Source: Raillietiella orientalis (Eukaryota). Taken from it: a stretch of 64,000 nucleotides of DNA. Positions 37,915 to 51,550 of the stretch are shown here, piece by piece. The notes below the pieces were generated by a model. The model worked only from the letters and a program-made list of their open reading frames with translations, was not told the origin of the DNA and ran no database searches. Position 1 is the stretch's first letter, and each line of letters starts with the position of its first letter. A program made the position numbers and the translations under genes. Location: assembly GCA_036172245.1 (NCBI GenBank), contig JAYWIR010000049.1:1178001-1242000 (forward strand). Reading direction: 5' to 3'.

Positions 37915-40900
37915 TCAGCTAACAAACAAGGAAGTCTTGAAATCATGTTCATTGAGAGGCAGCTGGTAATTCTTCATAATTTCTTGCACCTTTGCACGTC
38001 TCAAAGCTTGTGGAGCTAGGTTTCTATAAAAATTTGCTGGAGTCAGAATTAATTTCAAATGCTCCTTTGCTTACCCTGCATCAATTTTTTCAGCTTCCAG
38101 CCTCTTTCTACGACTGACATTTAGCATTGTTTGTCGAACTAGATTACCAGCCACTTGCTGCCGGATCACCATTCCATCCATTAAAGGTGCAATCAGACTA
38201 TTTTTACTAATTTAATAAAATCTTAAAATTATATGTATAGATTTCAAACAAGTCCTCACCTAATTTGTGAATTATAAATAACTCTCAGCATACCACTTTC
38301 AAGTAAGTGTAAGTACAACACACAGGTTTCTTTTTCTGATGGGCATTTGGTTTCCAAACCAGTGCTGGTATACTGTAATAGTTTCTCAACTGGGAATGTC
38401 AAACAGTCTTCAAACTGTTCCAACCAAACTACGAGAAGTCGCAAATGAATATGGGATGTTCCTTGTCTTTCACTCTGTTCAATAACCAATTTTCCTAGAT
38501 CTAGAGACAATGCTCGTGTTTGTTCTGTTGAGCAATGAAGAGGGCTACTCTTAGTAGTTGTGTGTCTATTGACTGTCATGTGACAAGGACTAGGTCTTAA
38601 ACTAGGGGTAAGGAACACAACTTCAGATAAAGCATCTGCCCAGTAAAGGGCAAATTGGTCGCCACAGTAACAAGATGCACATGCATCTTGAGATTCAAGA
38701 ATTTTCCAAGCAGTTGTTATGTGTCCTGTCCATCCTGGATGTTGAAAGACATTAATGGGCCAGCCAAGTGAATGGAAGAACATTTGGAAACTCTTGGAAG
38801 TGTTGCTAGAAGTAATGTTCCCAAGGATATCTTGAACTGTTGTTTGTCCAGCACTAACGTAAAACACAAAAACAGTGTCAAAAGTGCGTCCAGCCAATTC
38901 ATCAAGCTCAGCTAGATCTTCTGCAAACCCTGGTGCTTTAGAGTCCAATGCTACTAGGGAAGGAAATGGAAATCCTTGACGCTTAATGATGCTTAATGTA
39001 GTGGCACTGAATTTCACTAAGCATCTTTACCTGCAAATTTTCTGGTGTTAAAAATCCAAAATGGGATAGGAAAAGTCTTGCTGTTTGATATTCTTGACAC
39101 ATGGCAGGAGGGCGACATTCAGTTTCAGGATTAGGATAAGCCTGATGATCTGGACCCAGTGTTCGAGAGACAGCTTCCTCAAAAAGTAACTGCTGAGTAA
39201 TAAGACGGCTTAGCTGGCTGTGTTCTTGCTGCAATCCACATTCTGCAATTACAGACTCCAAAGATGGAATTGATGTATCCCTAGCAGTAAAAATGTTGAG
39301 TAACAATGCAAAAGCATAATGCATACATTTTGCAAGTTGGAATCTTATCCACAAAATCAGGAGCAATTTTGGGAATTTTGGGTTTCTGTATTTTGACATC
39401 ACTAAGAGGAACAGGGCGGCCAGGATTGTTATTCCCTAATTTATTGCCGCACAGGTGCCGAGGAACTTGACGTAGCTGCATAGTCCATGCATGACGCCCA
39501 AAAGGACCTCTCATTATTACTGTGACAGTGGGTTGTGGATCTGATCAATTTATCAGTTTTTTCTCAAAGTCACATCCCTGTATCACCTTGCACATTTCCT
39601 GGTGACTGCTCCAGCAAAGCAAACAAAATACTGTTGTCAAAAACAAAATACTTAAATTGCTGAATGGCCTTATGTCGATTCACTGTAGCATTGTTAGTAC
39701 AATGTTTCAATAAAGATAATTCTTCTAAGAGAGAAGATAATGAGGCAGGACCACTTGGAGAAGGGAAATAGCCAACTTGATTCATAATGACTATTAGCAA
39801 AGATTCTGCTTGATCACGAACACGAATTGACACAGGCTTTAGCTCTTTCTTATCTTTTGCTATAGGCACACCATCTGGATAAGCCTAAATAAAAAATTCA
39901 GATCACTTTCAATGAACTTAAAGAATTCACCTGAGATTTGCAGCCAGAGAGTCCCAACTCCACTGTTTGCAAAACTGTGTCCAAACAACTTCTTTCTTGC
40001 AAAAGAAGTGGATGATGCAACAGCCATTGCATAAGACACTGAAAAGCCAGCACAATCACGGAATGTAATTCTTTTATATGTTGCTGTGGGGGCCGAGAGC
40101 ACTGATGCATAATATAATCACAAATCCAACGTACAGCATGAGCACATTCCTGCAAATCTATGAAGGCATAATTGAAAACGTCACTTAAGAGTATTACATT
40201 CATCATCTGTTGGATGTAACTGCACAGATGCCAAACAAGTTAGCAATTCTAAAGCTGTAAAGGACACATTGTGATCTGTCAACCATGATGAATTTAATCG
40301 ATGGCAAGTGACATGGACAGACTGCACCCACAGGTGATAAGCCGTGTGAACCCAATTGACCAGAGGTTCCAGACATTCTGAAGGCAATCCTGGATCTATC
40401 TGAAAGTCACCTGAATTTCTTTCTTCAGAAACAACATGCGATTTCTCAAAGTCAGCTAAATCCTGGACTAAAACTAATAAACCACCTATACAGGCCACTG
40501 TTCAGATTACTATTCCAAACAGTCATATTATACCGAGTAACAGCTGCATGTTGATAGATTCTGTCTCCATTTGCGTAGCCGTTAATAACAGACTCACAAG
40601 TTTAGGATGGAAGCTTGCAAAAGTTTTCACGTTACTTTGACCATCTTTAAGCTTAACTAGCTGTCGGACAAACTGCTTATTGAAATGCTGGGGCAAACAA
40701 ATAATAGAAAAAAGTATCTGAATGGAAGAACGGCGCAACGCAACAGGGTTGTATTTGCTAAGGGTGCAAATATCAGCTTCTGTGATCACAACTTCCAGAG
40801 CCCATAATAGGAATGGAAGAAGCACATTAATGCCATCCAAATCCACTTTAAAAAGGTCTGTGCTGTTTAGCAGGATACTCACTAAGACATCACCAGATTT

Positions 40901-43900
40901 TTTTCCCTTAATGAACATGAAAAAGCTGTTATATTGCCCTAGTACCTGGCATAGGCGCAATGCTTGCACAATGGAATAATAAAATCGTGCAAGATAGACT
41001 GCATTGATTTGTTCACCGGTTTTTTTTGAACAAAATATTCGACACAGTGCTCCAAGGGATTCAGCTTTTCCCAAATTGAATTTTTCTATCCTTATGGAGT
41101 CTTGTGATTCACTCTCTGGGCCTGTTCTCCAATTACTGTTATCCTCACACCACAAGTTAATGGACTCACAATGCTCTGCATGACAAAACAAAATTCATTA
41201 AATTTCAGCAGTGCGTTCTCACTTTTCTTCTTAAGCACAGAATCATCACCTAACATGGAAGCTTCAAACAACCAGTCACCAAATAGATTTAAAACACTAT
41301 TACAACAAGGTCTCCTTTCATTTAGCAAACATTTGGGTTCCAGAGGTAACGATGTGGTGTAGCCCAGTTTTTTAAAATCTGTTCCTACTTTTTTATACAG
41401 ATACTTTCTCTTAAGGCTTCTCAAACCTGGAGTTGAGAGAGATGTTGACTGACTTGAAAGATTTAGACTCTGGAACACACGTGTATGGTTGATGTACTTC
41501 AAGGATACTAGTAAAGAGAAACCATTGTGAAGTCATTGCACATACACATTCGATACTATTCATCCCCTCGCATGTTTGCACACTGCTTACCTTTGTGTTT
41601 AGATCCATCAGAAGATGTTCGTCCTTTTCTTGGAAAAAGAGGAGTTGTGACCTCTGTCTCTGATTCAACAGCATCGTTTTCTGGAAATCGGATTTTTGGC
41701 CAAAGCTTGCATGACTGATTCAAACCTAACAAAATAATTAACATTCAACACAAATAGTACAAAATAACCACCTAAAAAGGCATCACATAGGAAAGCCAAT
41801 CCTTTCATAGCTTTCACAAAATTCTGAGGCAAACTATCCATTGATATTTGATTGGGAAATTCTCCTGCTTCACGCTGATGGTGCGTTTTACATGCAGAAA
41901 CCATAATAACATTGGGATCACTTAATTCCACAGGATTACCAATGGTGTTCAACATTCGGTACCATGTTTGTGCAACAGTTTCGTCATTCATTTCTGATGA
42001 GATTATCTTACTGTCTTCATTATCTGTCAATAACATAGGTAAACCCATATAATGCATTTGAGTGCATTTCAATTACCTAACTTAATATCTGCATACGATG
42101 GTCCATATAGAAAATGAAGTAACCGAGCAGTCAGCACTACATTAACTCGATTCCACTGATCAATTAAAGCACTATGGCTTCTCCAATTCATACACTTTGC
42201 TTGCAGAGTTTTCCATAGAGAGGGAGAAGGAAAACAATGATGTGAAGCAATAATCCAAACTTCAAACAATACACTGAGTACACGTTCACATAACAAATTG
42301 CCATGATCATCTGAAATGCTATGAAGCTACAGTCAACTAAAGAAGAATCAACCTTTGGTTCTGCTTGTCAGTAGTACATCATTCACGGCTATCAAGAAGA
42401 GCAATATTTTCTCCCACATATCTCTCCCAATGAATTGGGTCCAAGATACCATTTCTTGAATAGTCCTAAGAATGCGATGGCATAACATAGCTTGTTTGCT
42501 CATTTGGTCTCCTGAAAAATGGCGTTACAATCGAATGATATCAAGACAGTGAAACATTCCTAGTTTGCAAACATTTTAATTTCGAATCTTACTTAAATCC
42601 GATTAAAATATTTAGGATCTTTTTTTGATATTACTTATTGATACAAGGTTATGAAATCACAACGAGCACTAACCACTACTGTTCAATATAGGTCACATGC
42701 TCAATCAAACAATCCAAACAAAAACTGAAAAAAACAACAGCAATTCTGAAGCAAACAATATCAGTGCAGGATATTTTGGACATGTCAAGTAAAATACGGT
42801 ACAAAATCATTGCAGCTCTTATTCAATAATTTTTCAAAAACAAATGGTTTATAGCAATATAATCTTTCCTTAACATGTGTATCTGTTACACCATCATGGG
42901 TTTCAATTTTGGTTGATTGAGATATCCTCTGATGACTGATTTTGCATACTTCACAAATATAATAAATCGCAAATTATCTCACCTTCCTTATTCCTAGGAA
43001 CAAACATATTGTATAAATGATCTAACATCACTGGACAAAAATAATTTGGATCTTTAACAATTGGGAGAGGTACACATGTTTTTGGTGTGGATAACAAGGC
43101 AGAAAACCATTCACAATAAATGTTGACACAGTCTCTTATAATGTCATGTTCAGAGATAGGAAGAGTCAATCCATAGCATATGACCTAGAAAAATTACAAC
43201 ATAAACTTGCAAACTAACTGCAAGTCCACCAGACACTGGAAGCAAATATATAGCCAAATTAGAATATGAAAACAATAAGCAAAATAAAAGAAAACACATG
43301 GAATTACTAAAGTTCTAATTACTAGTCGTTTAATGACCATTCTATGATGCAAGCATGAAATTGAATGAACATGTACTTTTGAACTTTAATCCAATTACAA
43401 ATGATGAGATTGTTGCATACATTAAGGCATGGTATCAGAAATAGTTCTAGAATGATGTGATAAAATAAGAAATACTCTCAATTTGATCTCAAGTTCTAAT
43501 TCAACTTACTCTGCAATCATTCAAAAAAAGTCAAATGACTCAATAACATTTGTCTTTTGACAAATAATTTGCTCAAGAAATACAAAATATTTTGTATTTC
43601 ACAGTAATGAAATTTGTTCTTAATGTACATAAATCATTTAAAATGACTTGATCTTTGTGTACTGAGGTCAATTAAAGAAACCTTTTTTGATTAGGATAAT
43701 AATATTATGTGTTTAGATTGGAATATAAATGTTTTTTATAATAAAATACATATTTGATTGGAATACATCCCCTATTCCAGAAATAATCAAACCATAGTTT
43801 ACTGGCTGATGCCATGATTTACAAGCTGAGTTTTAGTATGAGAATACACAAGAATAGTATAATAACGCTATGTCATACATATGACATTATGATTATTAAG

Positions 43901-44828
43901 CATATGGCTATAATCAGGCATCAGATATTCAGACAATCTGATTTCAAGTTTCAGTAACATTCTAAACATTCTTAATCAACTTAGTAATTGCTTCAATTTG
44001 AGTTGTAACATTTATTATTAGAATTCCTTCTAATGTCTTTATGGGCATTCAGATTTGTTATAAACAATTTTTACAAAACTAAGCTTATTACTAAGTATAT
44101 TATTTTTGGCCTATTTTTGTTGCTTTGTTTGTCTCTTTTATTGTTATACTGATGTTGGAAGGTATATTTTACAATATTCTTAAGTCTTATTTCATCATAG
44201 ATTGCGGTGCATACGACATCCATAATTTTTCAAGATGCTACTTATTGTTAAATTGCATAACTTTCCTATTCTCGTAAAAAATGATCGTGTAAAAAACATC
44301 ATGAAGCACAAATCTTCAATGCACAAAATAACTATCTTGAAATAATACTTTGATTAAAAAACTGCTTTTCTTACTGCTTCAGTGCTACTTCAGTCATAAT
44401 CAGAGCTATAAGTAATGTCAATGAAAACAGAAATGATTTATAGCAATTTGTTTTTAATTCAAGCAAAAGATTTAAAAACAAAATGAACAAGCAGTTCAAA
44501 ACAAGCTATCAGAAACAGTTCAGATGAGATGGAAAGGAATTAAAACTAAAAAATTATTCCATAGTCATGCTATAATGCTTTGAAAGTGTACCTCCATATA
44601 CCATTTCACTTCTTTCAGTGTTGTCAAAATTGGTTGCTGATTTGTTGACATTGGAATACCAATGGATTGAGCCAGTGGCTTAATAATTGCTTCACATACT
44701 TTTCTTCCAATATCTGAAGGGTCATGCTTTGCATTTGAAGCTTGATCTCCAGATTTAAAAATGTTCAAAACACTTTCAGAAGAATTATTCAAATCATTGT
44801 AATGCAACACCGCCCATTCAGAGTACAT
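37915..44828 (-). CDS. RALGAPB: Ral GTPase-activating protein subunit beta, multi-exon
   Basis: Starts MYSEW. Recognisable blocks: EVKWYMEV; CVNIYCEW; FPSPSLWKTL..W..H..LIDQW; LNLFGDWLFEA; GKAESLGALCRIF; RGPFGRHAWTMQLR; ARLFLSHFG; GWP..HPGWTGH. Stop at 37915-37917. Confidence 0.93.
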
Positions 44829-47099
44829 AGTGACAATGAACAAAGCTCCAAAAATTGAAAAATTTTATTGGTAAAAATATTTTATGGATTCCATTTATAA
44901 ACTTCTTTGTAACATAAGCAAAAACCTTGGTTTGTCAACAGCTAATCAAATATAAACTAGTCTTTACAACTTGCAACATTTCAATTGGGTGACGTTGGTC
45001 CTCCCACAAAGCTGGAATCACAAAGAATGATTTTATCTTTGGCCTGAAAAATCATATAAAAACATGGTCAGCGTAAACAACATGAATTAAAACCGCCCAA
45101 AACTATCATCCATAAATGCATAATGTTTTTTTAATTCCTTCCACTCCCGTGGTTTTTTTTTCCTTTAATAAATGGAAGTTTTAAAATGCTTTCGGTTTTA
45201 TTATGCATCATTTGAACCTTAATTCTTTGAAATGTGGTGAATCTTTCTCGAACATTTATCTTACTTTCTTAAGCAAACATGAAAGTCAAGATCATTGACA
45301 TCCACACACACAAACCAAACGAATTAGCACATATCACTTTCGAGAACTTGGTATTATAGGTACAAAATGACTTATGGTCCTGAACATTATTAATAAAAAA
45401 AGAAGCCATATTACACACAATAAAAGAGAAATTATTCTATAAAATGCGGCGATTCCTAATATCCTGCATTCAATTTGCGTCTAAAAAACCGAAGAGAAAA
45501 CGATGCTTTGAAACCTGATGTTTACGAGATAATGTAAAAAGTGCTCATGGCCAAAGGTCAATCGTATCTTATGTACCTTTCACATCTTCCCTTTGGTACA
45601 ATACGATAAATGTATTCAAAGTTTTTGGCTAATACGCTGAAAGAACTTATATGGTTTTGGCACTATACTTTACGTAACTTTGTCGGAGAAAACTTTCAAC
45701 TTGACCATCGGCCTACCCCTTTGTAACTGACGCGAACGTCTCGGTTTGCAATCTTTGAATTCACAGTAATAATTCCGAATATATATATATATATACATTC
45801 AGCATTTGCAAATTCAGATTATGTGCTTTCGCAGTGGAATGAATCATCAAATTACGAATGCAATCACAATTTGATGCTGCAGACGAACTTCCTCCGGTCG
45901 ATCTTGCAAACTGCAGCACAGAATCGCGGTACCATGGTGATATTAGTCCTACCCACATTCGAAAGAGTCCAGCCTGAAACCCATGGAAACGAACCATACT
46001 GAAATCTTCCAAAATCGGCTCGTTCTGTTCATTTCCAGCTTCTGCACGTTTCAGATTGTTCCTTTTTTTCTGTGATTAAAATAGTTATGGCTTATGCCCA
46101 TTTAACGGAATGATATAAATGCATCAATTTGTGTACCATTAGGGAAGAAACGGGAAGCCTTTGCTTTTCTTATGCATCAGTCACCAGAGAAATTCGAGTT
46201 CCATTTTTTTCCTTTTTCTGGCTAGTTTATGCCCATATCTTACTAATCCGATCCATGAAAGATTCTGAAAGGTGCCTGTCTTCTATACACAATCATATCT
46301 AGCTCATGTGCTTGAAATTTAATGAATTCGCTTTCCTTAAATCTGTTTGTTCTTTCTAAAACTGCCCATTTGCTTATATAAAAGGAAGAATGTTTACATT
46401 TGTCGTTCCTCGGTGAAGGAAATTCATACATGATGATGTTTTCTCGATTCGCACTTCTTAAGCAATGGTGTCTTCTCTTTCTGAAAAGATAACCCCAGAA
46501 GTAGCCGAACGGATTCGCCCAACACAAACTGCAGAATGTATTCTAAGCAGGTCCTGTACAGCAGTTTGGTACACGCCAAAACGATCATAACTTTCGTTCC
46601 AAAGTTTGCATTCTCAGATTTATTCGAACACCGTATTATATTGAATGCGTGAAAGAGGAGAAAAATTAAAGTGTAAAGAAAAAGGGGTTACGATTTTGAT
46701 TACGCTCCGAATCGTCTGTGCAAGTATTTCATTTAGCTTCCATAATATTGCCGAAACGTGTCCAAAATCTCCTTCCAGACACATTTTGACAGTATGATGA
46801 AATTCGGGACGTTTTGGCAAAATACAGAATTATCGAAATATATAAAATATGGATACAACCGCAAAGACCGAACAGTGGTTTTGAGAGAATGTAGACACAG
46901 TTGCTAAATAGGGAATGGTCTATCGGATTGAACAACCTGAAATTCTATCAAATACTAAGATTGTGAAAAAGCACAAAAACAATATGATATTCCCACGTGT
47001 CTTTTTTTTTTATTTTTTTATTTGCAGAAATCCATTCTCTTGTAACGATAAACATACGTAGCTGCTATCAGTTAATGAATTTGTGTTGAGTACATTTCC

Positions 47100-47600
47100 A
47101 AGTATGTCGTTTTTAGAGTCCTATCTTTGGGGGATGATCACGTGACCAAATAGACTTTTTAGATACTCTCTGAACCTTTCATCTGAAGAAATGATAAAAG
47201 CTCTGCTCGTGTTTAGCAAAAAATTTGGATGATTCAAAGGACCGAAATTCCACTGCATGGGAAACCATCTCACAAAATTAAACACTGAAGAGAAGTTCGC
47301 ACCTTTACATTTCTTCAGGAAAGTTCAAAACTTCAAGCAGTAATTGGAATGCAGAGCTGATCTTATGATTTCAGTAAATGGTTCGCATAGTAACGGGGGC
47401 AGAAATATCTGCCCAAACTTGAAGTAACATCGGAATTCCTCCAACTTCAGTTTACGGGCCTTCCGCCTTCCCTCACCTGACCACCGTCTTATTCGACAGG
47501 AAGACGAAGGGAACGGGAAACAGGGAATGGAAACTTTTGGCACATTGTGGATAGGAAATTCATGGCGTTAAAACCTGTAGAACCCTTTTTCCGCTCACAT
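47100..47600 (-). mobile_element. Decayed Ty3/gypsy-like RT fragment
   Basis: LFGHVII (FLGHVI-like) near 47130-47150, with DGGQVR (KDG.VR-like) upstream. Heavily disrupted. Confidence 0.3.
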
Positions 47601-49539
47601 CCAAGCATTTTTCCCATGACGTAAATTACAGAGACAACAGCAAAACATTACTGGATGCCTACAAGGCAAACAATGTTTCGAAAATGACCCATCGGAAGCA
47701 CTAGACATTGCATGAGTAGAAGAGTAAATCAAGATACCTATTGAAGGAGGCAAAAAAAGAAAACGAAACGAAATCAAACTCGGTATATGTGGAGAGGATG
47801 GAGCGCATTCAAAATCTACAGAGTTGTTTTTCATCAAGTCAGGGATGGGTTGCATTTCGTGTTCACCTCATAGAGGATTGATTGCAAAGTTGGCCGTAGC
47901 TCAGTTTCGTGTCGAATCACATGCTCGCTGGATAATAAACACCAACTACACTGTGCTATTGTGGTGCTCGACGTTGGATTACGCAGTCACCTAGTTTGTC
48001 CGTTTCCAATTAAGATTTCAGGATTCCAGAGAACTTCGTTGCATGGCAACGCTGTGGCAGTTTCCGACCGAGTCAAGTGACGATTTCAAATCTGGTCAAT
48101 AATTTGAGTGCACTTAATTAGTAAGCAGCACTTGGTTAGCGTAGTTCGTCTCTTGATTTGTGTGAGATCTTTTCCTAAAGCAAAAACTCGGTGTTTGCTT
48201 CAACTTTGGAAAAAAAAAAAAAAAAAAAATCCTCACATGTCAAATCTTTGCATAATTTGCTTCTCTTTTTCATCTTTCCATGCTTTTGTCAGTGTAATAT
48301 AATTTTCAGTTACAACTGTGGCAATTCTATTTCTGATGATACCCCATTCTGTGGCGGTGTTCAAAATCCAATCAGAAATATTTTCAGTTGTATACTTTTC
48401 AGCAAATTCTCGACAGCTCAGGCGAGAAGATTGAAAACATAACTGGAATGACAAGCAAATCATGAGTAGTGAGTACCAGAAAAGTTGTGTTGCATAGAGA
48501 GGTCCATCCAGTGGCGGTGAGGCAAATAGCACAAGCGGAATTGAATTTTTGTTTCTTTGTGCAAACTGGGAATGCGACTGTTTGAAATAGTTTTTCGTGA
48601 TGACAGCTGATATCCAGGGTTGAGCAAATAGACAGAGGTTTTAAATTCAACACCTTCTACCAAGGAAAATGGACGAGATTACTTATAAATCATTTTTACA
48701 CGTTTTCATTATTTTTCTAATGGAGACAGGCTCTACAATGTTTATGGAAGATGTTCTAGGTGATTGCCCTGTTGAGCTCTGTCTGAAGGGAACTGGAGGT
48801 AGAAGGAGTCTCAGCTAGAAAGTTTTCATCCGGTCCATTCTGCGAGTCCAGTGTTGAGAGAACAGTAGAAAGTTCCGAACCGGATGGGGCGGGAAAAGAA
48901 CACAGGGTGTTCTTGGAATGGATGACGGAGCCATTTTTCCGAGTGATGTTATTCTGATCGAGGGAACCGCCGTGTGCCCCCTTTCCAGGCGTGGCGACAA
49001 ATCCCCAATGCCACCTCCGGTCACGCTGATTGTGTTTTTGCAATACCGACACTCGGTCTTTTCCTCCATTGACTGAGAAATGGTACAGCATGCCACTCCT
49101 TTTTTTCCTCCATAGGAGCTGAAAGCGACAATTTGGCTACGCACAAATTGTGTAAGAACTCGCAAATATTTCCTTTTTTCTCGTCACTAACCAATTTGCA
49201 GATTGCAGCCATGCATGCTGAGAACAGGTGAAAAATGGGATTAAAAATACGTAGAAAAACAAGTACTCGAGTACTCGAGTAGAATTTTCCCCATCATTCT
49301 TCCCGCTTCGTTCCTGGATGTGATGCGGTGGCATTTGGTTTCCCGGTTGCCGGAGTCGCAGCAAGCAACGAGTGTGAACCCTGTTTCGACCGGATGCAAC
49401 GCAAACGGATGCAATTCTCCTGCCTGTTACCTTCGGAGACGGAAGCGTCCGAGGTGGTTCCCCACCATCTTCCGTAATGCCCGGAACGCCTTGCACGTAC
49501 ACGCTATCCGCGTCTCTTTTTCTTTCCTTCCTGGAAGTG

Positions 49540-49892
49540 AGCACGGACGAACCGTCTGGAAGTGTGTATGCCTACGCTTGGCAGCCCGCGTCGAAACGGG
49601 CCCTGGCCCTCCCTCTCCCTGCGCCCTGGGCGTACCCGGGTGGCTAACCCCTCCCTCTCTCTGCCTGTCTGCGAAGGGAACTCATTCCTTACTCTCCCCG
49701 GAGAGACTGCCCGCAGGGGGCCACCCGTTGCTTGGCGTCGGTCGTTTCCGTTCCTTCGCACCTGCAAAAGTGTGGTGCGACGCGCGCAGGCTGCAGCCAC
49801 ACCGCCGCCAACGCAAGCTGAAGCAAAAGGGTGGTGAGGTTTGAACCCGCACCCACGATTTCCGCGTCGCGTGCACGAGCCAAACCACCACC
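49540..49892 (-). mobile_element. Putative tRNA-derived SINE
   Basis: Head at 49830-49892 on the minus strand: GGTGGTG...GCGGGTTCAAACCT-CACCACC, i.e. acceptor-like pairing, a B box and an anticodon-arm-like stem, followed by a GC-rich body. Confidence 0.4.
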
Positions 49893-50169
49893 GTCAATGT
49901 GTACTTACAACTAGCGTGCGCGCCCCCTTATATGGCTCGCGCAACGCTCTTTCCGCACTCCGAACGGGGAGCGTGAGTCTTTCGACCAAAGGAACAACAA
50001 GGTGACTCATTCATCGCCTCCGGCCGGAACCCCATCGGGGAGAGTTCTGCCAGGTCGAACCGCAACGAAAAGAACGGCGGCCAACCGCCTCACATGCAAA
50101 AATCCGTTCCGCTACCTGCAGTCCATGTGTTGTCGAATAGGAAGCAGACATGCCGAGCTCATCTGCAGA

Positions 50170-50256
50170 AGTAGGGAGAGGAGCATTTTCATGGGAGGAT
50201 TCGATGGAGCAGGCAAAACTACCATTTCGCATAGGTTTTGAGTCATACCTACAATC
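50170..50256 (+). pseudogene. ARF/ARL small GTPase gene fragment
   Basis: RERSIFMGGFDGAGKTTISHRF*VIPTI matches the ARF-family pattern E.RILM.GLD.AGKTTILY.L...TIPTIG, with a stop and a deletion. Confidence 0.6.
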
Positions 50257-50589
50257 GAAGTGTGCGAATTGACACGACTGGAAGACTTTCACTGGCACGT
50301 GTGTTCACGTTGACAGCTGACCTGTCACGTGGGATTGCACAACTGTGAATTGGCTCGTCAATGCTTCCGGATGCAATTTGCATGAATTGTAGCTGCCGTT
50401 CCGACTACACGCTTAAATGTTGAGCAAGTTTTTGAAAAAACGGAATTCGAAGAATGGGGAACATGAAGAGATCACGTATTGATGGATCGATGCTGAGGTA
50501 GAATATTGAAGGAGATAGAAACATTCAGCTGGAGCGGAAAGTGCTTTTTTTTTTTTCGGGGTTACACAAGGGAAGGAGGGAGGTAGTCA

Positions 50590-51550
50590 TGGAAATCCCC
50601 AAATTCATGCAGGAAAGCAAAGGACTGAAATTCGGATGATGTTGCAAAGGACTGAAATTTTTTTTGCCCCCTTTTTCTGCATGTGCTCACGTACATTCGA
50701 ATCCCACCAGGGAAGAATTCGACCCCCAGAAATGGGTGCTTCGTGGGTTTCGAGTCTCCCCCTCAGGATGACTCTGGTTTGCTTATTAGGTTGCGGCACG
50801 GTTTACAGCCGGAACTTTGATGACTGGCTCGGTTCGGAACTTGGCCCTCCGGGTTCTTTCCAGGAACCAAGGAACTGGTCCCCATCGGAATTCCACTCTG
50901 GTTGTGAAAATGGAGCCTTGCCCCTGCTCGAGGGGAGCCTTTATATTGTGCAATGGAGTTGGCTCTCGACCTTCTTCGGTGGTTTGTTTCCAGAGTGCAA
51001 GAAGAGCGCTGCTTCCTTTAGGAAGCCTTTTTCAGAGGAACGTGTAGGCGTCCTTTCGGTTCTCTCTACGGTGGAGTAACAAGGAGCGCATCTTTTCCGT
51101 GGGGCTCCTTCGGATAAAAAAAAATCATCCTCTCGAGGTTCGCTTCGGAGAAGAAACGAGGAGCTGTTCCCCTTTGGGGGTCACACAGGCAGACCTTATT
51201 TCATACGTCAGCACTTTGGTGGGAATGTCCAGGCAAAGGAGCGTGGCTGGGGAGCAAACGGAACCTTCTCGGGTCAGGCGAACGCCGAGTGACATCAACC
51301 ATCCGCGATACGTGGGAGCTGCCGCAGTGCTGAGAAGGGGAGAAAGGGGGATCTGCGTCGAGGATGTAATCCTCACTGCGGGAAGTTGCTTGGCGCGTGT
51401 GGACTGCAGCATTCGTCCCCGTCCGTTTTCCTGCTAGGGCGCCTTCTGATCTCCGGCGTTATGGAGCCTTCTTCTCGTGGCGCCATCTCGTAACAGGGAA
51501 TGGTAGCTACTCAGGCATTTGGCTTTTTTCCGCAGGGAGCCTCGAAAACG
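50590..51550 (+). mobile_element. Decayed DIRS-like RT/RNase H remnant
   Basis: WSNKERIFSVGLL (WS..E..HIN.LE-like), ADLISYVSTLVGMSR (DN..AV.Y+N..GG.S-like) and QTEPSR (AD.LSR-like). Confidence 0.4.

Noticed and set aside
45200..47000. Possible DNA-transposon or MITE remnants upstream of RALGAPB
   Set aside because: Only generic subterminal-like words; I could not pair terminal repeats or find a transposase motif.
49830..49892. Functional tRNA gene
   Set aside because: Too short, D-arm poorly formed and an 8-nt anticodon loop; better explained as a SINE head.
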